NCBI GenBank assembly: GCA_964187785.1
Contig: OZ076409.1
Coordinates: forward strand, 30,630,001 to 30,694,000
Direction of reading: 5' to 3'
From: Amphiscolops sp. MND2022
Taxonomy: Eukaryota
DNA length: 64,000 nucleotides
Each line of letters begins with the position of its first letter. The first letter of the stretch is position 1. The position numbers and the translations under genes were made by a program. The notes beneath the pieces were generated by a model. The model saw only the letters and a list, made by a program, of their open reading frames with translations, did not search any database and had not been told where the DNA came from. Shown piece by piece: positions 46,101-56,555 of the stretch.

Positions 46101-49100
46101 GAAATCTTGTGATTCCAAACGAAGAACTTGCTCACAATCGCTGGGCAGAGGTAGAGTCGGCCGGGGTCGCTGCCCAAACGGTGCCATTAGAGGACGACCG
46201 TGTGCTAATGCTACACCCAGCGGAACCACCTGCGTTCTACACTCCACTGACTATCACTTGCGGCGCAAAGCAAGTCCAAACTTGTCTAGAGCCAACCACG
46301 TTCGACCCCCAGGGACAAACGTTGATCTCTATTCACCTAATGTTGGCTGCAGAACAACAGCGTTGGCCAACATTAACGTTAGCCAAACTGTGGGTTGAAC
46401 TACAAACCTTATACAAACGCGTGGAAATACCCCGTCCCAAGGAATGGTACGCCCCTGGGGACTCTGACACAGTCACAACCAATTCTCCCGTGCCCATCTG
46501 CGCCACCATGGATGGAGTAGATGTGATGTTCGAGGCCTGTGTAGTGGTGGATGTCTTTCCTCCTGGAATTTGCTTGGGTGCGCAGGAACTCAAGTGTTAC
46601 AACATTAATCATCAAGAACCTACTGGTGAGGCACGGATAGACGAGCGCGCCTCATTTGTAGTCTCCTTCGTTGTGCCCCAGGCGGCACCAATCCCTTTGA
46701 GAGGCCTTGTCGACACAGGCTCTGGCGTATCTATCCTAACCTTTCCAGCTTTCAACCGTATAGCTGCCCAAACAGGCACTGTACTGAAACCGTACCAAAT
46801 CGACTTGTATGCCGCCAACGGCAAAACAATCAAGACCTTTGGACTGGCAGAGCAGATCCGCTTCCAGTTAGGAGGCTACCAACTCGAAACCAATTTCGTC
46901 GTAGTGGATGATGCCATGGGCGTAGAAGACTTCCTATTACGTCGTAACTTCCTCCGAGCCTATCAGCTGCTCGTGGATCTGACCTCCATGAAGACTGTGG
47001 TCCGCGCGCCAGTGAAACCTGTCTGGCATCATGCACATACACAGGTAGGTGATCCTTCCGTAGCCACTTCCGTTGCTTTAGATAGCGATTTGGTTCTGCA
47101 GTCATTCGAACGAACAGTGGTCAAAGCGAAAGTGGTCACTGACGACCTTGAATCGTTGATATTCCAAAATGTGATGTTGAATGCGGGAATAGTCGACACA
47201 TCGCTGCAAAACATTGTGTTTTTAGAGGACAGCGTTGCCACTGTCAGTGAAACAGGCCATGTTATTGTCAGCGTGCTAAACGTGACCAGTAACCCACAAC
47301 GGATTCGAAAGGGAACTCAGCTGGGTAACGTTGTTCCTGTGTCATTGGTCTATCGAGCCATTCCACAACAGTCTGTGCCCAAACCAGCTTTACGAACTCA
47401 GGTCGATAATGACCAATTTGCGTTTGTTAACAAACTTTATGAAAAGATGAATTACGATACTGATTCACAATTAACTTCTTCTTCTGAATTTGAGTTTTTG
47501 TCCTCAACAGACCCTACCGAGGAAGGTTTTTCAGAACGTGAGGTACGTAAGCGTACGGATCCCGAACTCATGGCTCCAGTGCATGGACCTGAGTCACAGC
47601 TTAAAGAGGTCGGTCCAGAACTTTTGGGGTCCTAAGGCCAGCGCCTCATTAGAAAACATTACGATCGAAGCTGACGATTTGTTCATGCAACACAAGGCTG
47701 ACATTGGTCGATGCACCATAGCCAAACACCCCGTTGAACTAGAACCAGGCGCAGTACCCCATGGCGAGGGAGCAAGACGTATGTCCCCTGAAAAGGCAGA
47801 ACGTGCTAATCAGGAGGTACGTAATTTGCTCGCATTGGGTATGATTCAACCCTCCTTGTCACTTTGGGCAAGTGGGATAGTCATGGTCAAGAAAAAGAAT
47901 GGCGAGTTACGCTTTTGTTGTGACTTCCGTCCTTTGAACGAAGTCACCGTCAAAGACACGTATCCATTGCCTCGGATGGATGAAAGCCTCGCCAGGCTGG
48001 GCAAAGCTAACATCTACACCAGTATAGACCTTGCTTGGGCTTTCTGGCAAATCCCTGTCCGAAAAACCGACCGTCAAAAAACTGCATTCCCATGCGAGCT
48101 AGGACTGTTTGAATGGCGACGCATGCCCTTCGGGATGTGCAATGCCTCTGCCACCTTCCAAAGAGCAATTGCACGGGCCCTACGTAAGATCGTGAATCGT
48201 GAAGGTAGCATGGTGATGGCCTACATCGATGACATTGTTATCGCCACAGAAACAGTGGAGGATCACATGGTACGGCTTCGCGAGGTTTTTGATTGCTTGC
48301 GAGAAGCCGGCTTCAAAATGAGAGTTGCTAAATGCGACTTTATGAAGTCTGAGATCAAGTACCTTGGACGCGTAGTGTCAGCAGAAGGAATAAAGCCGGA
48401 TCCCAAGGCTGTCTCGAAGCTACGTGACTGGGAAATCCCGCGTAACAAAACAGAGATGCAAAGCATTCTAGGCTTCGCCAACTAATACCGTGAGTTTATT
48501 CCTTGGCACGCCAAATTGGTGGCTCCCCTGCATGCGATCACCGGCATCAAAGCCACTTTTGCTTGGGGAACGGAACAACAATTGGCTTCCAACGAAATAA
48601 AAAAAGCACTCGTCGATGCCACCGCTCTGGCGCAACCGGATTCCGAAGGAGAATTTGTGCTGGACATTGATGCCAGTGCTATTGCAATTTCAGGAGAAAG
48701 GCGCCTACGCCCCATCGTCTATGGCAGCAAAAAACTTACTGCCACCCAAGCCAAATACGGAGCACCGAAGCTAGAAATGTACGGCATATCATTTTATCGT
48801 CAAACCACAGTTACTTGTGTCCACGAAAGTTCACGCTGAGAGTGGATAATCAAGCACTTTCATGACTAAAAACGTATTCCACGGATCAAGTTCTTATTGG
48901 CAGATGGATCATGGCATTGGAAAAATACCATTTCCGTGTCGAACATCGACCACGAACGCAACATCGCAATGCCGATGGTTTGTCCAAACGCACCAATGAT
49001 TGCCGATGGAGAGAACGACAGCTCGAAAAACTACCACCAGTTGTAGATCGTTGGAATTTTTTTCCCAGGACGAATACGAACGACTCCCCACCGCACCCTG

Positions 49101-52100
49101 GTTTGATCAGCAAGGACGAGTAATTCCCAATCATCATGAGTTGCCAATACACCTGAAGAATCTACAACCAAATCCCCTGATCTGGTTCAACGCGTGATTC
49201 GTCGCTCAAAACGAGCAAAGAGGCGGGCTAAGCGGACCGAAGCCTTACACAGTCCACTACCCTCACCGCCACCTCCCATCCTGCACGCCCACGAAGACTT
49301 CTATCCTGAGTACCCAGAGGAATGGATAGATGTCACTGAAGAAGCCCGACATGACTACTTACTGCCCACGCATGCAATCAACATTGCCTCACGTACTACC
49401 TATGACGTGGCTAATATCGAAGGCGCAACACTGCACAATGCGCCTACCCACATCAAGCAGGCAGTAATGGCCATTCGCAGTGTGAATACTGAGCTTCACG
49501 AACACACCCACACTGTCCACGGGATCAAGGACCTAGTATTGGCCCAGAACCGGGACGTTCATGTCCTAGCGATCAAAAGGCTATTCCACGGAGAAGGCAT
49601 AAATCAAGACATCTTTCCCGAAAATGTTCGTACTTTTGCCCGCAACTTCTTCAAAAAAAAGCAGGAGTTACTGTTCCTGAACTCAAACAGTGTTCTCTGT
49701 GTGAAATATCCGGCTTCACAACGTCCGCTGCTTGAGCGACCCTGCATGACTGTGATGCCTCAGTTATACCAACATGAGATCCTTTTTCGTGCACATGATG
49801 CCATGGGACACCAAGGCATTAGCAAGGTAGTGGCTCGCATACAAGAACGCCATACCTTGCCTGGGATACGCCGCACAGTGGGCGAATACGTCAGCCAGTG
49901 TCTCACGTGCCAACAGGTCAGAGACAAGCCTGGAGACGTACGCTTCCACCTCAAAAACATTCAAAGTGGATATTTTAATGAGTTTGTGCAATATGATCAC
50001 ATGAAAATTTGTCCCACTGTTGACGGTATTACCGGGATCTTGGTCATAATTGACCATTTCTCGAAATTCGTCGAAACTATCCCTTGTAGTCATGACGAAT
50101 ATGACGCCATCACCACCTCCTGATTATTGCTCCAGAAGTGGTTCGCTCGCCATGGTACACCCACCCGGATGCAATCGACAATGCTCCGAATCTTACGGCG
50201 GAAGTTTCCACTGAATTCATGAAGGCCTCTCAGGTCACAAAGGTAACCTCCATAGCTGGCCATCCACGTACGCAAGGCTTAGTGGAACTCCAAAACCGTA
50301 CTTTACTCACATTATTACGTGTTTTCTGTTCGCGTCGAATGCGCGACTGGGACCAGCACTTAGATGAGGTCCTTGGCGCGTATAACTCAACACGCCATGC
50401 AACCACAGGGTTTTCACCCTATATGTTAACCCGGGGCACAGAAAATGCAATACCTCTTACATATTTGTACCCTGAGTTTGCCACTCAGTCTTTTCCTACA
50501 CATGATGCGTATGTAGACCATGTGTTGGCACGCCAACAGGAAATTCATGACCTGGTGCGTAGAAACATACACAAAGCCACTACGACAAAAGCCTAAATAC
50601 GATCGCGCAATAAGAGCCAAAGCCTACGCGAAAGGCGATTTAGTGTGGGTTTTCTGTCGGTACGTTCCCCAGAAAGGTTCTCCCAAATTAATGCGCGCTT
50701 GGCGTGGCCCACACTGTGTGGTGCATACCTTACAAGATGTACGTGTTTACATCCTTGACACAGGTCAAAAGGTCCACTTTGAGCGTCTCAACCCCTTGAA
50801 TTTGTCGCCACTCCCCTTGACACCGGCGACGTAGCCGTGGTCATGGACCCGGAGCCTGAACACTCCATAGAACCTATTAATGGTGACTGTTCCAAACTTT
50901 CCTATAAATCTGAGCAATTGGTTTCAGAGGCTTCGAATGCTTCGTTACCTTCTCGTCAGCGTCACTGGATGGGCACGTGATTGCGTACAAAGCTGCGCGC
51001 GGGAGGAACCTGACAGCATTACCAGCAATTCGACTACTCCACTTCCGACACAGACGAAGAGACGCATGACGAGATGCTTCCCATCCCCATCTCTTCCCCA
51101 CAACAAATTCACACCCAACCCCATCCTGAAGCAATCACCGACCCATCGGCACCTGATCTTTTATCAGATGTATCGATGCTCAGCGGTCTCCCGCAACTGT
51201 TTTCCGATCATAAGCCAATGCGCTCACCTTCACCACACATTTCACAGTCGAATAAAACTCCGGAGCTATCCCCAATGGGTACCTCTGCTCCGTTGCTGAC
51301 TCAACCTTCCTTAACCGACTACCTCAGCAACTTTCCTCTTTGGCCGGATCGCGATAAAGATTCTACTATGCCATCTTCCCGTCCATCTTCACCCTCAGGA
51401 TCTATTCCCTCGGTTACGTCACCACAATCTCCACCCACCGCTCCTTCTATCAAAAGGGGGAGGGAGAGACCTCGAAAGAAGACTCATCAGCAAAAAGCCA
51501 AGGGCAAAACAGTGCCCGAAGAACAAAAATTAAAACCGAGCACCCAGACGGAATCTCAGAACCGATACCAACTGAGACACAGACGACAGCCCAGATACAA
51601 ATGTGGCACATGTGGCCTACGCGATTGCGTATGCGTGCTGGCAATGAACGAAAAGCGGGATGTTCTCACTGGAGTCCGGGGAGTCCCCCAGGAGGGACGG
51701 CAGCATACCGAACTAGTTCATCGCATCATTGTACGAGCAGAAAAAACCTTCTCTGGGGTTGAACGGACTGAAAAGTATCCAGTCGAGACAATTTTGCAAC
51801 AAATCGCTGAACCAGGCGTTGCAAAACCACTATGTCCCAGGTTCAAAGAATGGACCAGTGATGGCAAAGGCTTAGAGTTTACGCTAGTCACCTGTTACTT
51901 GATCGGTATGGAGTGGAAGTGGAACCAGGCGGCATCTACAGCCCAGCCCCATACTGGTGGCTCATGGTAACCGCATCCCGCGTTGACGCGTTAGTGAATC
52001 CGCAACATTTGCTATTATGCTTAGAGAGTCTCAGGACTTCCACGACAAAAAATCTGATTCTTTGTTTCCACTTAATAGATTGGTATTGAGGCACGGTGAA

Positions 52101-52881
52101 ATTGCGTTGGTGGTTAGAGCTAATCATCACAGGTTTCACTGACTATCCGCGAATCCGTTTGCTGGACGAATGGATCCATACTTTCGAGGAACCCCTACAA
52201 GTCAAAGCAGCGATAAGCACGCTGGACATCTGGGTTCGAGCAAACGTAGACAACCAAGCACTACCATTTTCTGTATGGCAGGATCTAGCCAGCATACAAG
52301 GTCGTACACCACGTGTGTGTATACCTGCGAACAATGGACTTGGTCGAGAGATAGTGTATCCAGGTAATCTGTGTCCCGACACGGTAGAATATATCTCATA
52401 GGATACTACTGATTTTCTACAAGCTGAAGGACACATTGCCTTGACATGTCCAGCGCACTTGGAAACGAGTTTGGCAGCGCTACGCTACATCTTGCGGGCA
52501 TGCGGCAAGGAGCAAGTGTTCTCATTACGCCCGCAAGTCGGAGAAATACTTCCTCTGACCCCCACGATTACCAATAAACCCACCCAAACAAAACACCTAC
52601 TGATCACACGCGCGAATCAACGTGCGCCGTTAATAGCTGATGATTTTCTACTATGCTTGAGGAAGTTAGTGGCATGGCTAGAGGATAGGGGAATTCCTCA
52701 GATCCATTTCCCCAAACTGGATCCCGAAAGACCAGTATACTCACTAACTAACCTGTATCGGGTGATGATGGACTTATTCGTAGACACGAACATACACGTA
52801 GTACTGCACAATCGCGTGTACGTGTCTATTGTAGGCATTGAAGTAGGTGTTAGACCACCATGTTGCCATCTCCTAAACTGA
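46101..52881 (+). pseudogene. pol: pol of element C (PR, RT, RH, IN) with a long C-terminal extension
   Basis: LVDTGSG, MPFGMCNA/YIDD, DIDAS/ADGLSK, HDAMGH...CLTC, IIDHFSK, WRGPH; then KRGRERPRK, CGTC..CVC and macro-like segments. Confidence 0.9.
52402..52881 (+). pseudogene. Macro-domain-like segment (Poa1p/TARG1 type)
   Basis: DFLQAEGHIALTCPAHL...RPQVGE...LLIT...LLCLRKL...GIPQIHFPKL...LFVDTNIHVVLH follows the TARG1-type pattern. Confidence 0.6.
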
Positions 52882-53119
52882 AAGTAGCATGAACTACGGT
52901 TGTTCCAGACAGTTTCACTATGCTGTACACTCTATTTAAACATTAGTTGCTCACTTAAACCCTAGAAAGAATGCCTTCAGCATTCCTGTATTTAGTTTAT
53001 CATTGACTTCAGTGATGTTTTTCATTGACGAGTTCTCTTATGGAACTCGTTTTAACAAGGCACCAATCAGCATCCCTATAATGGCTTTAAAAAGTATCTC
53101 TTTTTAGACCCATGATAAG

Positions 53120-55147
53120 ATGGCATACCATCACACGGCCTCTGCAGCTGCTATGCCTGTCCAACCCCCACCCAATGAAAACGCTGCGCGAACTCAGCGA
53201 GTTAATCAGGTGCAATTTATTGAGGAGAGACTGCGCAACGGCATTTCGCCGGCAGCTGTGGCTGGGATCACTGCTCTCCTAGCACAGTGGGAGACACAGC
53301 CTACTCTACTCAGTGTAGCTGTAACTATAGTAGCAGATGTGGCAGGTACAAACGTACCATGACCTGTCGAAATGGAGTATGGGATGGCTATCACATAACC
53401 CACCCTTTCCTTGATGACATATCCACTGCAGTGAGAGGTCCCAGTGTACAAACGACTGTCGAACAAGAGGCTACCCTGCGTATTCCACTTGCAAATGTGC
53501 CCATGCCACAACTTTTGAACCCGGCACGTCTGGTTATTCAGCCTCAACCACAAATACACCCGCAATCGGGAACTCAGCCGATGTATTTGCCCTATGCGCC
53601 CTATGCCAGTGCTCCCGCTGCCCATGCGCCGCATATGGTTCTCAGCGCCACTCCACGATTACAATCAGAAGCAGGCACTTCCAGTCCAAGGTCCAGTGCC
53701 AGAGTGCAATCAGTGCAGTCTTCCGCACCACCTTCCATGCGATCAGGCGTAACTGCACCTGACATGTCGCGCTGGACTCCCAGTGAACAAGCTGCAATCC
53801 AAGCATTGCAGGCAGTGGCAAATTACCCCGAGTCCAGGGATTTCGTAGAGACGGTCGCGAGACAAATGCCAGGATTGCAGAATCTTTTAGAAAGCAGGGG
53901 ACAACAAGAAGGTTGTCTGACCACGAGAGAAGGTCAAGGTCCAATCACCGACCCACTCACTCCTTGTACCAGCGCGAACAGAAATCGAGCGCCCTCGCCA
54001 ATACCTGGATTGTCGCCCGTATCTGATGAAGAACTTGGCCGTAAAAGGGCATCGCCACATTAGCTGGCTCAATCGGTTGGCAACAATGACAACCCAACGA
54101 GCCGTCCTTCGCCAGACAAGCGAAGCAATGTACTTCGATCTGTGGTGATACAAGAACCACCAAAAGTAGGCTACCATGGCATCTCCGAACCCCAGATGAC
54201 GATGAAAGAAGTGATGAAACGATATGCTCCAAGCCCTGCAACTGTGCCAGAGAGCACCGACAATTCAGTGCACCCGAGCTCCTCGACAGCAAAGTCTGGG
54301 AAGAAATTCACGGGCCCACCGTATTTCTCACAATCGGATAATGTATCAGTGTAAGTGGTAACGGGAGATGCTAATCGCATTTAGAAGTCGCCCCCAAGTT
54401 AAACGACCGACAATACCGTGACCGCCAACGAGTACCGCCGACTAACACCCACCAGGCACATTTGCGAAAGCTGTCAGTAATCGTCCATGTGACACGAACT
54501 TTGCGCCCCTTCGACGCAGATACAGGCGAAGCAGCGTGGGAACAACGAGTATTCAGACGACTCACGACGACTCATGACAATTATCTTTGTCCTATGCAAA
54601 ACAACTTACATGAACAATGCAACGCCAGATATTCACTGCGACCAGGTGAAACCTGGGAAACCCACAGCCAATACTCTAGAAACCTGAAAGCAATGAAACC
54701 ATTTTCGAAAGAAGCAATTCAACGCACACGTTACTGCGTGATGATTGATTCAACGGTCCCATGCGACCTTCCTCTCGACAACATTATTCCTGGCGTATTG
54801 GTCGTGACTATGCCTCTATCGCGACTGCTCGAAATGGCAGAGGTGGCTATAGCCTTATTCTCTCCCGAAGGTCCCCAGAGCGAACTTCCACCCAGTCGCA
54901 TTATTTTTGCCAATTTGATGGACCACATGGCCTGTGAAGGTCTTTTGGAAAATCTACCTCATTTGCTGCGCGAGATGTCAAACAACGAAACACTCAGAAA
55001 GGAAGTAATCAAGTTGTTACATCGAGTGGCAACTGCAATGGAGCGTACGGCAGAGTTGCTCCGCACACACCTAGAAGTGCCGGCGATGTTCGTTTCTCCC
55101 CCTGGAATCTTGTATTGGGGAGGAATGTTCCAGCAGTTCGTCTACAT
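53120..55147 (+). pseudogene. Additional sense ORF of element C, disrupted; C-terminal SGNH-hydrolase-like region cut by element D
   Basis: ATG at 53120; fragments 53287-54063 and 54462-55147; VMIDS, VVTMP, IIFANLMDH, MFVSPPG pattern. Confidence 0.5.
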
Positions 55148-55458
55148 TGATATACCAGATATATGTTGTGTAGTGCTGTATCGTCCCCCCAACTCCCCTT
55201 ATGTCTAGACTTCTAGACTTCATAATAAATGTACTCCGTCTCATCAATGTATCTGATTAATATTCTAGATGTAAACTTAATGTACCCACTTAATATTCTG
55301 TACAATGCACTTTGATTTAGACACAACTAAAATTCATTCTTCACCAACCAGTTGTCTTCCCTTAAGACCTAATATCTGCAGCTCTGTTAGTGTCTCTTAA
55401 AGTACTAAGATCATTTGGACACTCTATCTCAGTAACACCGATCTATAAGAACAAAACA
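55148..55458 (+). repeat. Probable 5' LTR of element D (3' boundary uncertain)
   Basis: Begins with TG where the element C ORF breaks; AATAAA near 55224; PBS-like TGGTGCGACC at 55470. Confidence 0.55.
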
Positions 55459-55547
55459 AGTACTTTAACTGGTGCGACCATTTCGTTTCTTTCCTTTTCT
55501 ACAATCACTTTTGTAATCTAACTTTTTCTTTTAATCCCAAATTCTTC

Positions 55548-55803
55548 TGTACTAATCACCTAATGTGATTCGACCTCGTAGTCGGTACAAATTCAATACT
55601 TCTTCTGTACTAATCACACATTGTGGTTCGACCAAGTAGTCGGTACATTAAAGCTTTCTGTACTAATCACCTTTTGTGATTCAGCTACGTGCTGGTACAC
55701 TCTCTTCTTCTGTACTAATCACTTTTTGTGATTCAGCTACGTGCTGGTACACTCTCTTCTTCTGTACTAATCACCTTTTTGTGATTCAGCTCCTGCTGGT
55801 ACA
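55548..55803 (+). repeat. Five tandem structured repeats (predicted three-way junctions) in the 5' leader of D
   Basis: TGTAC-T-AATCAC-loop-GTGATT-C(GA/AG)C-loop-G(TC/CT)G-GTACA at 55548, 55606, 55659, 55711, 55763. Confidence 0.9.
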
Positions 55804-55933
55804 ACCGTTTCCTTTTCTAACCTTTTTCATACTTCCCCTCTTTCATATCCTTACCCTTTCACTTTTGTTCCACTCCTTTTCAACCCCACATTGCTTCACC
55901 TCACTTTCTTTTCACCATTTTCCATACTATTTC

Positions 55934-56080
55934 ATGCCTTCTTTGAACGACTCCGTTTGTATTTGTCTCATCCTCCTCTACATTTTTGGTCTTTGTGCAA
56001 TTGTTTTGCTTCTTGTTGATAAATTTATTCTGCCTTTTATTCCTCACGCTTTTGAACAATACAGAACTTCCTCACTTTAA
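55934..56080 (+). CDS. Upstream micro-ORF 1 (48 aa, one hydrophobic helix)
   Basis: MPSLNDSVCICLILLYIFGLCAIVLLLVDKFILPF... Confidence 0.45.
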   Translation: MPSLNDSVCICLILLYIFGLCAIVLLLVDKFILPFIPHAFEQYRTSSL

Positions 56081-56089
56081 TAATTCTAT

Positions 56090-56203
56090 ATGTTTCTAAC
56101 CGAAAATCTTGCCACTATTATTCTTTTCGTCTCCTATATCTTTGCCATGATGGTCTTTCTAATGCTTCTTATTGAAAAAATCGTCCAATCTCTTTTCAAC
56201 TAA
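56090..56203 (+). CDS. Upstream micro-ORF 2 (37 aa, one hydrophobic helix), similar to micro-ORF 1
   Basis: MFLTENLATIILFVSYIFAMMVFLMLLIEKIVQSLFN. Confidence 0.45.
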   Translation: MFLTENLATIILFVSYIFAMMVFLMLLIEKIVQSLFN

Positions 56204-56318
56204 CTTTCCTTTATTCCCAATTTCCCTTTCCTTTTCCCCCTCACCATCTTCATTTTTTCACTTCTTTTCTTATCTCCTTTCCCATTCTTTAATCCTATTC
56301 TTCTTTTCCTCCCTTTGT

Positions 56319-56555
56319 ATGCACCTCCTCTTTCTTCACCCCAATCCTCTCCTTGCTCTTTTTCAACTTCTTTTTCTTTCTCTTTTCCTCATAACTACTT
56401 CGATATATTTTTATCCATCCTTCCTCTTCTTTTACACTTATCTTCCCCTCAAAATCAGCCGGTACTTTCACCCTCTTCCTACTGAACCATCTATTCACCC
56501 TGATGTAATTATGGATTGGATTTGGCTCCATTTCCATCCTCGTAAACACTCCTAA
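56319..56555 (+). CDS. Upstream micro-ORF 3 (78 aa, hydrophobic); its stop overlaps the gag ATG
   Basis: TAATG at 56553-56557. Confidence 0.4.
   Translation: MHLLFLHPNPLLALFQLLFLSLFLITTSIYFYPSFLFFYTYLPLKISRYFHPLPTEPSIHPDVIMDWIWLHFHPRKHS

Larger units (their letters stand above)
40512..55147 (+). mobile_element. Degenerate Ty3/Gypsy element C, interrupted by element D; 3' LTR not in the window
   Basis: Putative LTR plus PBS, ~2.5-kb leader, fragmented gag-PR-RT-RH-IN, extra downstream ORFs. Confidence 0.9.

Noticed and set aside
55548..55803. CRISPR array or hammerhead ribozyme tandem
   Set aside because: Eukaryotic retroelement leader, linkers only ~11-16 nt, no cas genes; no CUGANGA/GAAA hammerhead core on either strand
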